From positions 1-31,720 of the forward strand of contig JADFWI010000071.1 of the NCBI GenBank assembly GCA_015222985.1: a stretch of 31,720 nucleotides of DNA, read 5' to 3'. A program made the translations under genes and the position numbers. Below, in pieces: positions 16,333 through 25,380 of the stretch (positions within the stretch are counted from its first letter, which is position 1; each line of letters starts with the position of its first letter). The notes under the pieces were generated by a model that saw only the letters and a program-made list of their open reading frames with translations, had not been told where the DNA came from and did no database searches. The stretch comes from Pseudomonadota bacterium. GTDB lineage: Bacteria; Desulfobacterota; Desulfobacteria; Desulfobacterales; C00003060.

Positions 16333-17646
16333 TTATTTCAAATAGAAAAGCTCTCTGGGAAGCGGTATTCCCTTGCCCATGGAATCCTCGCCATAGTTCA
16401 CACTGGCCAGGATCCGGATATCACTTAAGGCACGCTTGTCCCCTTGAAATACCACCTCGGGGATAACTTCCTTCTGGATCTTGCCCCCCGCCCATTGCAG
16501 ATCAAGCACACTGCTTGCGTCAAACCTGTCATAGCCCACACATAACTCCACTTGGCCACCGTAGTGCTGGACGATCTTGGCCACGAGCAGGCTCGGCCGG
16601 CTGTGAAAACCCATCTTTTGGGGTACGCCCGCCATGATGGTACCCCGCTCGATATTTTCATTCAAAAGCTCCTGAGCAAGACCCTGGCCTGCCACAAGGA
16701 AGTGGCAAACGTAATAGAGACCGTAATTTACAATACAGTCAAGGATTTCTTCCGGCTTGACTGCCTTGCTCAATTCGTCACGCACTTCGATACAAATATT
16801 CTTGTACCCTACTTCATATAGGTGACGCTCATAGTAGTGGAGGAGTCTGCGGGTCAACTCCAGAAGGTGCAGCACAACCGAGATGTAACCTCGCAAGCTC
16901 TTCAGCCTCATATTCCGCAATTGGAGTCCGCTCCTGTTCACATAAGTGTCAAAGGAGGACTGAAGACTGTGAACGGCCATTTCAAATCGCCGCGCCTGCT
17001 CTTCGTTAAATCTGCCGGGGACAATGGCCTTGATCTCATCTACGCAATGCGGTTGGTAAAAACCGTGCATTTCAAAGTCTCTGGATGCTCTCAAAAACTC
17101 GGTTGTGATCTTTACGATGTTCTTTTGCTCCTCTTTTAGGTTTTCATCGTCAATGTCAGATTCAAGGCGGTTGTTGCTCGGTATCCCAGGAAAATCATCC
17201 CAGACAAAACTGTCCGAGGGCAACTCTATCTCCAGGTGCTTAGCTTCTTCCAATGCCTTCGAAGAGATGGACCGCAAAGAGCTTGTAAGGAACTTGTGGG
17301 TCCTGTATCCTGCTTCCTCGAACCGATCGGTATCAGCCAAATTGTAAAAAGGAAGCCTGATATAGATATGTTTTTGCGAGTAACTCGCCTCTGAGAGGTT
17401 TCTCACGCTGGAAACCAGTTCTCGATAGTAATACCACTTCGAGCTGTTTTTTGCCCCATGAAAATCCAAGAAATCTTCCAAAAGCTTTGAGCTCGAGACC
17501 ATCTGCGCATACAGTTTCTTGGTGAAGGTCTCACGGACAGGTTCACTTCCGTCAAGGTAGGCACAAAGCTTAAGAAAATCCCAGGAAAAATGGTGAACCT
17601 TTTCAGCGAAACCACCGCCTTGCAGAAGAGCTGTTGCTTGATGCAT
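16333..17646 (-). CDS. Large protein with a C-terminal HPr phosphocarrier domain fused to a ~330 aa helical region of unknown function
   Basis: 'GFHSRPS' (His15-type site) and 'RFDASSVLDL' (Ser46-type site), 31 residues apart as in HPr. GAAGGA precedes ATG 17646 (track start TTG 17679). Confidence 0.85.
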   Translation of the reverse strand: MHQATALLQGGGFAEKVHHFSWDFLKLCAYLDGSEPVRETFTKKLYAQMVSSSKLLEDFLDFHGAKNSSKWYYYRELVSSVRNLSEASYSQKHIYIRLPFYNLADTDRFEEAGYRTHKFLTSSLRSISSKALEEAKHLEIELPSDSFVWDDFPGIPSNNRLESDIDDENLKEEQKNIVKITTEFLRASRDFEMHGFYQPHCVDEIKAIVPGRFNEEQARRFEMAVHSLQSSFDTYVNRSGLQLRNMRLKSLRGYISVVLHLLELTRRLLHYYERHLYEVGYKNICIEVRDELSKAVKPEEILDCIVNYGLYYVCHFLVAGQGLAQELLNENIERGTIMAGVPQKMGFHSRPSLLVAKIVQHYGGQVELCVGYDRFDASSVLDLQWAGGKIQKEVIPEVVFQGDKRALSDIRILASVNYGEDSMGKGIPLPRELFYLK

Positions 17647-17698
17647 CAAAAATCCTTCCAAGAATCGGGAATATCCCAAGTTTCTATTATGTAGTTAT

Positions 17699-18102
17699 GT
17701 CAGAGTAGGCCGTAAGCCGAGTTCTGTTTTCCGTATCGGTCACCCTTTACGGAACAACGATCATTCATCTTGGGGTGTTGATTGCTCAAAACCTCTTGCG
17801 ACCAACCCGGAAGCTCGGACGGGCCGTCCTCAAGTGCTTCCCTATTCGGTCTTGCTCCAGGTGGGGTTTACCTAGCTTCCCCGGTCACCCAGGGAACTGG
17901 TGCGCTCTTACCGCACCTTTTCACCCTTACCCTCCGAGACAGGCACAAGGCCAATCCCTTAAGGCGGTGTGTTTTCTGTGGCACTTTCCTTCGCGTCACC
18001 GCGACTCCGCGTTACGGAGCACCCTGCCCTGTGGAGCTCGGACTTTCCTCCCGCATCCATGACTATGTCGAAGATGCGAGCGATCGTTTGGCCTACTCTG
18101 AC
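17699..18102 (-). ncRNA. rnpB: RNase P RNA (bacterial type A)
   Basis: Minus strand carries the universal GAGGAAAGTCCGAGCTCC near the 5' end, AAGGAAAGTGCCACAGAAAA internally and AACAGAACTCGGCTTA near the 3' end. P1 is perfect: GTCAGAGTAGGCC pairs with GGCCTACTCTGAC. Confidence 0.98.
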
Positions 18103-18830
18103 ACGTGTTTTTCTTCTGCCACATCACGATTTTTCCAATAAATAATACGTTCGCAGTTTGGGCAAAACCTCAGAGAATCTCTTCTTTGCAATTCGTTGTA
18201 CATTTGGGGAGGAATACTCATGTGGCAACCGGAACATGTTGCGTTTTCTACAAGGGCTACAGCCAGACCACCTCCCCCTGTTTTGAGCAGCTCATACCTT
18301 GCCAGTATCTTAGCGTCTATGGTCTTTGCCATGTTCCCCCTCTGTTTCTCCTGCTCAGAAAATGCATCCTGCGCTTGGCGCACTTCAGCCTGAATGGCTT
18401 TTGCCTCTTGCTCAAATCTAGCCTTTACTGCTAAGAGACTATTCTGCTTGTCTTGGAATGCTTGTTTTAGGCTCTCCAACTCCTCCATACAAGCCAGAAT
18501 CTCATCTTCCTTTTCTGCATTTGCCCCTTCCGTGCCTTCGATTTCCTTTAACACAGCCTGATATTCCTTGTTGTTCTTAATGGTCAGAAGCCTGGCTTTG
18601 CTCTTCCTGATGCGTTCAGCGCAGTCTTCCACTGCACTTTCATACTCTCGCTGTACCTTTCGACACTCCTGAATGCGGTTCTTGTCAGACTCTAAATCTT
18701 GCTCCACCCGTTCGATCTCTTCTTGGCTCTCTTTGATTCGTTCAGGTCCCGCCAGTATTTGCCCCTTCAACTGATCCAAGGCTTGATCTTTCTCCTGAAT
18801 CTTGACCAACATCTCAATCTGTTTTATCAC
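18093..18830 (-). CDS. Coiled-coil protein with a C-terminal C4 zinc ribbon (DUF164/zf-RING_7; HP0958/CdsZ-like)
   Basis: Long heptad-rich region, 'KNNKEYQAVLKEIE', and 'CSGCHMSIPPQMYNEL......FCPNCERII'. GTG start with GGAGG. Confidence 0.93.
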   Translation of the reverse strand: MIKQIEMLVKIQEKDQALDQLKGQILAGPERIKESQEEIERVEQDLESDKNRIQECRKVQREYESAVEDCAERIRKSKARLLTIKNNKEYQAVLKEIEGTEGANAEKEDEILACMEELESLKQAFQDKQNSLLAVKARFEQEAKAIQAEVRQAQDAFSEQEKQRGNMAKTIDAKILARYELLKTGGGGLAVALVENATCSGCHMSIPPQMYNELQRRDSLRFCPNCERIIYWKNRDVAEEKHVSE

Positions 18831-18861
18831 TATAACCTCCGAGACCCCATTATAATATCAC

Positions 18862-19974
18862 TCAAATATACTGAAAACAATCCCTCTCCTCTTCGTACGG
18901 TTCAACCTGAACTGAATACCCTCTGTCTGACAGGTTTTCTCTCAACAGCGCCACAAGACCCCCAACCACGAGATGCTCTGAAGCAAAATGTCCAATGTCA
19001 ATGAGCGCCCGTCCCGAATCCTCAACATGTCGCCCATCATGATAACCTAAGTCACCACTTACAAAAACCTGGGCATCAGAGGCAAGAAAATCAGCCAAGA
19101 GGCTTTTGCCACTCCCACTGCAAACGGCAACACGCCTGACTGTTTGCTTAGGATCTCCCACTATCCTGACTGTCTCTAATCCCAGGACCTGCTTGATCCT
19201 TTGTGCAAAACGTTGAAGAGAAATCTCCTTGTCAACGTCGCCGACTCGCCCCAGCCCGTCATTTGAATTGCCGCCACCCACACCGTAAAGGTCATAAACC
19301 ACCTCTTCGTAGGGATGGACGGCATGTAAAGCGGCAATAACCTGAGGCAAATCCTTTTCTGCAACCAATACCTCTATCCGGTATTCTGATGCCTGAGTGA
19401 CTTCTCCTCTTCGCCCAATGAAGGGCTTGGCCGTGTCGCCAGGCTTAAAAGTTCCCATCCCTTCTGTCCGAAATGAAAGATGAGTATATTTTCCGCCTTT
19501 TCCAGCGCCTGATTCGAACAAGGCGTTGATAACTTCACCCTCGTGTCCTTTTGGCACAAACACCGCCATCTTGTACTGCTCAGTCTTCTTGGGCCTGAGC
19601 ACGTTTGTATTGTTAATTCCAAGCGCATCAGACAACATGTCGTTCAGACCATCTCTAGCGCTATCCAAGTTGGTGTGAGCGCAAAAAATACCAAGCCTCT
19701 TTCTTAAGGCAGTTTCTATTATTCTTCCGATGAGGGTCTCGGGGTCCAAGGCTGAGAGGGGTTGAAATATCAACGGATGGTGCGTTATCAGAAGGTTTAC
19801 GCCGTGTTGAGATGCCTTATTTACCACTTTTTCAGTCGGGTCGAGAGCGACCCAAATTCTGTCAACGGGCCACGCATTATGTCCTACTTGAAGGCCGATG
19901 TTGTCCCATTCTTCCGCTAGAGACGAGGGGGCGATCTTTTCCATCACGTCCACAATGTGCCCAATTGTAACCAC
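18862..19974 (-). CDS. Nif3-like dinuclear metal centre hexameric protein (YqfO/DUF34, long form with PII-like insert)
   Basis: 'LAEEWDNIGLQVG', 'LLITHHPLIF', 'AHTNLD', insert 'KMAVFVP...ALFESGAG...HPYEEVVYD', and 'LIDIGHFASE'. Confidence 0.96.
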   Translation of the reverse strand: MVTIGHIVDVMEKIAPSSLAEEWDNIGLQVGHNAWPVDRIWVALDPTEKVVNKASQHGVNLLITHHPLIFQPLSALDPETLIGRIIETALRKRLGIFCAHTNLDSARDGLNDMLSDALGINNTNVLRPKKTEQYKMAVFVPKGHEGEVINALFESGAGKGGKYTHLSFRTEGMGTFKPGDTAKPFIGRRGEVTQASEYRIEVLVAEKDLPQVIAALHAVHPYEEVVYDLYGVGGGNSNDGLGRVGDVDKEISLQRFAQRIKQVLGLETVRIVGDPKQTVRRVAVCSGSGKSLLADFLASDAQVFVSGDLGYHDGRHVEDSGRALIDIGHFASEHLVVGGLVALLRENLSDRGYSVQVEPYEEERDCFQYI

Positions 19975-19984
19975 TAAACCTCCT

Positions 19985-20029
19985 CAAAAATGCGAAAAGG
20001 CGCAGTCCTAAGACTGCACCTTTTCACAT
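19985..20029 (-). terminator. Strong hairpin with T tract between tRNA-Ile2 and nif3
   Basis: Minus strand ATGTGAAAAGGTGCAGTC-TTAG-GACTGCGCCTTTTCGCAT-TTTT forms an 18 bp stem (with G-U pairs), immediately followed by GAGGAGG, the nif3 SD. Confidence 0.7.
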
Positions 20030-20110
20030 GCGGGCCAATAAAAAAGCTGGCCTCTTTGTACGCTGCCTTCTATATGTTCCCACACGCCTTATGTTTGTAT
20101 CCTTGTTATG

Positions 20111-20186
20111 TGGTGGGCCCACCTGGGTTCGAACCAGGGACCTACCGGTTATGAGCCGGTGGCTCTTCCAGCTGAGCTATGGGCCC
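20111..20186 (-). tRNA. ileX: tRNA with CAT anticodon, most likely tRNA-Ile2 (lysidine-modified); CCA encoded
   Basis: GGGCCCATAGCTCAGCTGGAAGAGCCACCGGCTCATAACCGGTAGGTCCCTGGTTCGAACCCAGGTGGGCCCACCA, 76 nt. G1-C72 is paired (not an initiator); C4-G69/C5-G68 are TilS-type determinants; position downstream of rpoD matches E. coli ileX. Ile2 rather than elongator Met is an inference. Confidence 0.9.
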
Positions 20187-20207
20187 GGAAAGCTCCAGAT
20201 CAATTAA

Positions 20208-20236
20208 TCTGTACGCCCGACTGCCCTTATTGTCAA
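20208..20236 (-). promoter_or_regulatory. Probable sigma70 promoter for the tRNA
   Basis: TTGACA (20236-20231), 17 bp spacer, TACAGA (20213-20208), about 20 nt upstream of the tRNA 5' end. The -10 hexamer is imperfect. Confidence 0.5.
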
Positions 20237-20239
20237 GTA

Positions 20240-21985
20240 CTACATTTCCAAAAAGGCTTTCAGTTTGCGGCTTCTCGTAGGATGGCGAAGCTTTCTCAGT
20301 GCCTTTGCTTCAATTTGCCTGATCCTCTCACGGGTCACATGAAAGTCCTTTCCCACCTCTTCAAGGGTATGGTCAGCCTTTTCACCAATGCCAAATCGCA
20401 TCCGCAATACCTTTTCTTCACGGGGAGTCAGTGTAGCCAGTGATTTTCGGGTCTGCTCTGCGAGGTTCAGGCTAATGGCCGCCTCAGAGGGTGACATGAA
20501 TTTCTTGTCCTCAATAAAGTCGCCAAGATGGCTGTCTTCTTCCTCTCCGATAGGCGTCTCCAGAGAGATAGGCTCCTTGGCAATTTTTAGGACCTTGCGG
20601 ACTTTTTCCAAAGGAAACTCCATTTTTTCGGCAATTTCATCTGGAGTGGGTTCCCGCCCAAGTTCCTGGACCAAATATCGCGAGGTACGAATCAGCTTAT
20701 TAATGGTTTCAATCATGTGCACAGGGATTCGGATGGTGCGAGCCTGATCAGCAATGGCCCTTGTGATCGCTTGCCTAATCCACCACGTTGCATATGTGCT
20801 GAACTTGTAACCTCGTCTGTACTCAAATTTGTCAACGGCCTTCATGAGACCCACATTTCCTTCCTGAATCAGGTCAAGGAACTGAAGCCCCCGATTTGTA
20901 TATTTCTTTGCTATACTGACAACTAACCTTAAGTTCGCATTCACCATTTTTGCTTTGGCGACCCGAGTATTTTGTTGACCTTGTATGATTCGGGCCAAGA
21001 TCCGTTTTAGGCCCTGAGCGTTCATTTTTAGATCGAGTTCCTGTTGCCGGATAGCCTCATCTATTTCACCGGCTCGTTTCACAAGCTTGGAAAACTCGCT
21101 TTTCTGTAGGTTGCTTTGTTTCCAGTGCTTATCAACAAATCTTGTTCTCGCCTTGGAACCATTGCGCATTTGACTCAAAGTGACACCTGCCCGATAAGCA
21201 CACTGGGCAAATTCTTTTCCCAGTGCCTCAAAGCGTGCGATATGGTTTTCGACCTCATCAACAATAGAATCGATCCATCTTGACTCTAGTCTCCAATCCT
21301 TGATGTCGTCGAAGATTTTGCGATTCCTCCGATTGATGCAGCGCCTAACCCGGCGACGTTCTTCCCGACCCAGTCGCGGTCCAAACAGCCGTTTCCTGTA
21401 CTTTTCATTCTCTTCGTCGATCATGTTGATGATATCAACGATGTTACAAATCTTTTGTATATGTTCGGCTTCCTCAATATAAGTATCGATTTCATCTACA
21501 TCGCGCAGGACGTCCCTCAAGCGGATCTTGCCATTTCGAAGGTCTTTGACAACGCTGATTATCCCTCTAACTCCCACTGTTGAGTCCACCAGAGTCTTCA
21601 ATACCTCCTGTTCTCCTGCCTCGATCTGTTTGGCGATTTCGACTTCCCCCTCTCGGCTCAGCAAGGAGACCAAACCCATTTCGCGAAGGTACATTTTAAC
21701 GGGATCTGTGACGCGCCCGAAAGCGTCCTTCTCTGGTTGCGCGGGAGGCTTTGACTTCACAAGAGGATGTTTGCGCACAATCTTTTTTTCAAGAGCCCTG
21801 ATTTCCCTTCCATCGATGATTTCAATATCGAGTTCATCAAAAACCATCATCATTTCGTCTATTTGCTCGGCAGAAACATTGCCATTCGGCAACGCATCAT
21901 TAAGCTCCTCATAGGTAAGGTAGCCCTGCTTTTTTCCTTTTGTGATGAGTTGTTTTAAATCGTGAACCTCGGACTTCTTGGGCAT
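20240..21985 (-). CDS. rpoD: RNA polymerase primary sigma factor sigma70
   Basis: Region 1.1 '[17 protein letters not shown]', 1.2 '[24 protein letters not shown]', region 2 '[58 protein letters not shown]', region 4 '[28 protein letters not shown]'. Confidence 0.99.
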   Translation of the reverse strand: MPKKSEVHDLKQLITKGKKQGYLTYEELNDALPNGNVSAEQIDEMMMVFDELDIEIIDGREIRALEKKIVRKHPLVKSKPPAQPEKDAFGRVTDPVKMYLREMGLVSLLSREGEVEIAKQIEAGEQEVLKTLVDSTVGVRGIISVVKDLRNGKIRLRDVLRDVDEIDTYIEEAEHIQKICNIVDIINMIDEENEKYRKRLFGPRLGREERRRVRRCINRRNRKIFDDIKDWRLESRWIDSIVDEVENHIARFEALGKEFAQCAYRAGVTLSQMRNGSKARTRFVDKHWKQSNLQKSEFSKLVKRAGEIDEAIRQQELDLKMNAQGLKRILARIIQGQQNTRVAKAKMVNANLRLVVSIAKKYTNRGLQFLDLIQEGNVGLMKAVDKFEYRRGYKFSTYATWWIRQAITRAIADQARTIRIPVHMIETINKLIRTSRYLVQELGREPTPDEIAEKMEFPLEKVRKVLKIAKEPISLETPIGEEEDSHLGDFIEDKKFMSPSEAAISLNLAEQTRKSLATLTPREEKVLRMRFGIGEKADHTLEEVGKDFHVTRERIRQIEAKALRKLRHPTRSRKLKAFLEM

Positions 21986-22028
21986 AAAAATCTCCTTCCA
22001 AACAAGTCTTGTGGTTTTGAGCCAGCCC

Positions 22029-23783
22029 TTATTGAAGGGCGTTCAAGCGTTCGTGTACGTGTCTCTGTTTTTCTGCAAGAAGTCTATGCAATAGGGCTTC
22101 GTCTTTTGCCTTCTCAGCCTCTTTGATCCGTCTTAGAAGCTCTCTTTCTCGCTTCCTTCTCAGATGAGCTTCGTATTGACTTACAATCTTAGAGCAACTA
22201 TCTCGATCCCATGATTCCTCTTCCACAGCGAGGGAAGATATCACGCTTCTTACTTGAGGATCATCAGTCTGTGCGATCAAATCTGCAGAAACATATGGGC
22301 GATTTGCCGCAGATCTGTCCAAAATCATTTTGCCAACTTTTCTCAGCGTCGTTGCTTCCATGCTCTCAACAATCTCCCTGGTATCAAAACCAGACAAGAT
22401 GTCAGGAGATTGAAGCATCATGGCTATGATGGTTTCTTCCAGCTTCGAACCATTGCGGGGCCTGGCCGGGAAAACCCTCTTCTTGCTCTTTTGAACCGAG
22501 GTGCGAATCTGTTCTAAGATGGCGGACTCGTCAATATTGAGGCGCTCAGCCAAATTCTTCACATAAACCGCCCTGCTCACACTGTCCGCCAATGCACCGA
22601 GTGGACCTTTCAACGCTTCCACGATCTTTATCTTCCCCTGCAAAGAGAGACCGTGCTTCTTGATGGCCGATGCCATGACAAATTCCATCATCGATAAGGC
22701 TCGTTCGGCCGTCTGGCAAAATTGATCGCCACCTGCTTCAAGGACATAGGAATCCGGATCCTTGCCTTCAGGAAGACTCATGATGCGGGCATCTACCTTT
22801 TCTTGCACGAACAGGGGAAGGCTGCGCTCAGCGGCTTTCAAGCCTGCTTCATCGGAGTCAAATACGAGGGTAACATGCTTGGCATGACCCTTGAGAATTC
22901 GCATATGTTCCCTGGTAATGGCTGTTCCCAGAGTCGCAACCACATTATTGATGCCGTGACAGCTTAGAGCCAATAGATCAAAGTAACCCTCCACGACAAA
23001 GACCGAACCGCTCTGGCGGCATGCTGCTTTAGCAACTGGCAAGCCGTACAAAGTTCGACTCTTATGATAAACAGGAGTCTCGGGTGAGTTAAGGTATTTG
23101 GGAAGGCTCTCATCCAAACAACGTCCGCCAAAGCCGACCACCCTTTCATGAATATCTACAATAGGAAATATTATACGATCCCGAAACCGATCATAATATC
23201 CTCCTCTTTTGGGAACGATCAACCCGGCCTTTTCAACATCTTCGAGGGGCGTTCCTTTAGCCGAAAAACAACCAACAATGTTGCTCCAGCCGCCCGGGGC
23301 ATAACCCAGGCAAAAGCGATCAATGACATCTGATGTTATCTTTCGTTTCCTTAGATACTCCCTGGCAACCCTGCCCGAGGGGGATTTCAGCAGCTTGTCT
23401 TTGAAATAGTCAACAGCCTCTTGATTTATCTTAAACAGCCGTTCTTTTTCTTCCAACTGTCGTTTCTGGGCAGGCGACATGTGTCTGGTCGGGATCTCGA
23501 TTCCATACTTTCGGGCCAGGAACTTGACGGCTTCTGGAAAGCTGAGATTGTGATAGAGCATCAAAAAGCTGAAGACATTTCCGCCCTTGCCGCAACCAAA
23601 ACAATGAAATATCTGCTTTTCTTCGGTCACTGTAAAAGACGGGGCCTTTTCGGCATGGAATGGACACAACCCCACGAAATTCTTCCCGGCCTTTTTCAAA
23701 GCAACGTGCTGTGCAATCACATCAACGATATTGGCTGCATTAAGTACGTCAGCAACCTTATCGTTTGGTATTAAACCCGTCAA
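22029..23783 (-). CDS. dnaG: DNA primase
   Basis: Zn finger '[23 protein letters not shown]', '[11 protein letters not shown]', 'PKYLNSPET', TOPRIM 'VVEGYFD', 'FDSDEAG', 'DPDS'. GGAGGG lies 9 nt before TTG 23783 (track start 23810). Confidence 0.98.
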   Translation of the reverse strand: MTGLIPNDKVADVLNAANIVDVIAQHVALKKAGKNFVGLCPFHAEKAPSFTVTEEKQIFHCFGCGKGGNVFSFLMLYHNLSFPEAVKFLARKYGIEIPTRHMSPAQKRQLEEKERLFKINQEAVDYFKDKLLKSPSGRVAREYLRKRKITSDVIDRFCLGYAPGGWSNIVGCFSAKGTPLEDVEKAGLIVPKRGGYYDRFRDRIIFPIVDIHERVVGFGGRCLDESLPKYLNSPETPVYHKSRTLYGLPVAKAACRQSGSVFVVEGYFDLLALSCHGINNVVATLGTAITREHMRILKGHAKHVTLVFDSDEAGLKAAERSLPLFVQEKVDARIMSLPEGKDPDSYVLEAGGDQFCQTAERALSMMEFVMASAIKKHGLSLQGKIKIVEALKGPLGALADSVSRAVYVKNLAERLNIDESAILEQIRTSVQKSKKRVFPARPRNGSKLEETIIAMMLQSPDILSGFDTREIVESMEATTLRKVGKMILDRSAANRPYVSADLIAQTDDPQVRSVISSLAVEEESWDRDSCSKIVSQYEAHLRRKRERELLRRIKEAEKAKDEALLHRLLAEKQRHVHERLNALQ

Positions 23784-24037
23784 AGCAGATGACCCTCCAG
23801 GCGCACACAAGCACCCGTAGCTTTTCTCAATAACGACCCTTTTCCGGAAAAACAGGAATAGTTCCAGGGTATTATGGCACTACTAGGCGCAGACGTGCCG
23901 GTATGCGCAACGAGACGGGACGTCGTCAGGATTGCTAGCTCCACAAAGAAAGGGTTTGTAAGTACTGTTTTTGGCGCAGAATCTCTGATAAACTTTACAA
24001 ATAAGAATTCTAAGGCGATTTGTCAAGACATAAAAGT

Positions 24038-24162
24038 GACGGCTTCGTAAAAAGTCCAACTTCCGCGTTCCGCTGCATCCTTCGTCACTGCGGCGTACCA
24101 TAAGTACGCCTCATTCCTCAGGATTTGCGCGCCTTGAATTTGGAGCTTTTTGCTTTGCCGTC
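24038..24162. repeat. ~125 bp non-coding MITE/REP-like element with imperfect terminal inverted repeats and an internal palindrome
   Basis: Left end GACGGCTTCGTAAAAAGTCCA; right end reverse complement GACGGCAAAGCAAAAAGCTCCA; inner GGCGTAC-CATAA-GTACGCC. A third end-like copy (reverse complement GATGGTCTCGCAAAAAGTC) at about 24170-24188. Confidence 0.75.
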
Positions 24163-24189
24163 TGATTCTGACTTTTTGCGAGACCATCA

Positions 24190-25236
24190 GTGTCAATGAT
24201 TATTAGAGAACGCATTGAAAATGAGGAAAGGCAAACCCTTTCTCCTTATGCCAAATTGAGCGCTGAGACAAAAGGCCGGCGCATACCGGAGGAGCCATGT
24301 GTTATCCGTACGGCCTTTCAACGTGATCGTGACAGGATCATCCACTCCAAGTCCTTCAGACGCCTTAAGCACAAGACACAGGTCTTTCTCTCTCCCACTG
24401 GAGACCATTACCGTACACGGCTTACACACACCCTGGAAGTCGCACAGATCGCCAGAACGGTTGCCAAGGCCCTTAGACTCAACGAAGTGCTGGTCGAGGC
24501 CATTGCGCTAGGACACGACCTGGGCCACACACCCTTTGGTCATGCCGGCGAGTCCGTGTTGAACAAGATTTTCCCCGGTGGGTTTTCCCATCATGAGCAC
24601 AGCCTCAGAGTAGTCGATGTGCTGGAGAAACGTGGCCACGGGCTAAATCTTACTGCTGAAGTAAGGGATGGGATACTGAAACACTCCAAGGGAAAAGATG
24701 AGATCCTGCCGCGTGACACTTCGGCATGGCCTGCAACTCTAGAGGGGATGGTAGTGCGGATTTGTGATGTCATCGCCTACGTCAACCACGATCTTGACGA
24801 TGCAATGCGTGGTGGCATTATTGTTGCAGAAGATATTCCCGGAATTTGCCTGGACGTTTTGGGAAATTCCCATGCCAAGCGCATTGATACCATGGTGAAG
24901 GATCTCATCTTTGCGACCATGGAGGAGCCTGGCCTTGGGTTGCGAATGCACGACACCATTTATGAAGCCCTGGTATTGATGCGCGATTTTCTCTATGAGC
25001 GTGTTTATGAGGTTCACACGGTCCATGCTGATTTTATTCGTGCGGAAAAGATCATTCGCGAGCTCTATGCGGAATTTATGGAAGACGAAGGAGTTTTTGA
25101 AGAAGAAATAGGTGAAAAATTGCCTGGAACGTCCAGGGAGCAGAGCGTGTGTGACTTTATCGCCGGCATGACGGACCGGTATGCCCTTCATCTCTACGAG
25201 AAGTTATTTCTCCCCCGGCCGTGGATGGTGTATTAG
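24190..25236 (+). CDS. dgt: Deoxyguanosinetriphosphate triphosphohydrolase (HD domain)
   Basis: '[27 protein letters not shown]', '[15 protein letters not shown]', '[14 protein letters not shown]', '[13 protein letters not shown]', '[11 protein letters not shown]'. Start is GTG 24190 or ATG 24196. Confidence 0.97.
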   Translation: MSMIIRERIENEERQTLSPYAKLSAETKGRRIPEEPCVIRTAFQRDRDRIIHSKSFRRLKHKTQVFLSPTGDHYRTRLTHTLEVAQIARTVAKALRLNEVLVEAIALGHDLGHTPFGHAGESVLNKIFPGGFSHHEHSLRVVDVLEKRGHGLNLTAEVRDGILKHSKGKDEILPRDTSAWPATLEGMVVRICDVIAYVNHDLDDAMRGGIIVAEDIPGICLDVLGNSHAKRIDTMVKDLIFATMEEPGLGLRMHDTIYEALVLMRDFLYERVYEVHTVHADFIRAEKIIRELYAEFMEDEGVFEEEIGEKLPGTSREQSVCDFIAGMTDRYALHLYEKLFLPRPWMVY

Positions 25237-25256
25237 GGTGCATGCTCAATAAAATC

Positions 25257-25286
25257 TTGACACGCATGAGAACACTATGATAGTTT
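25257..25286 (+). promoter_or_regulatory. Possible sigma70 promoter for the acidic protein gene
   Basis: TTGACA at 25257-25262, then TATGAT (13 bp spacer) or TAGTTT (18 bp spacer). The spacing is not ideal. Confidence 0.3.
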
Positions 25287-25380
25287 TTTGAAGAAAATCA
25301 GGAAGTAGAGGAGTTTGTTTCTCCTTTTCTGCTATTGGCGGCAGATTTTTACCGGCAACCTAATCAAAGGAAACGTAATC

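Noticed and set aside
17775-18141. ORFs of 95 and 119 aa on the plus strand
   Set aside because: They are antisense to the RNase P RNA; artefacts of the GC-rich structured RNA.
20111-20186. tRNA as an integration site for a genomic island
   Set aside because: No integrase nearby, and no duplicated tRNA 3' end was seen elsewhere in the window.
20108-20443. 111 aa plus-strand ORF
   Set aside because: It is antisense to the tRNA and the 3' end of rpoD.
23840-23940. Short palindromes in the dnaG leader (TTTTCCGGAAAA; GCGCA..TGCGC) as a ncRNA such as SRP or 6S
   Set aside because: No SRP (GGAAGGAAGCAG) or other conserved motif is present; the stems are short enough to arise by chance.
23883-24101. 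72 aa minus-strand ORF upstream of dnaG (possible rpsU position)
   Set aside because: No similarity to S21, no SD, and it begins inside the MITE-like element.
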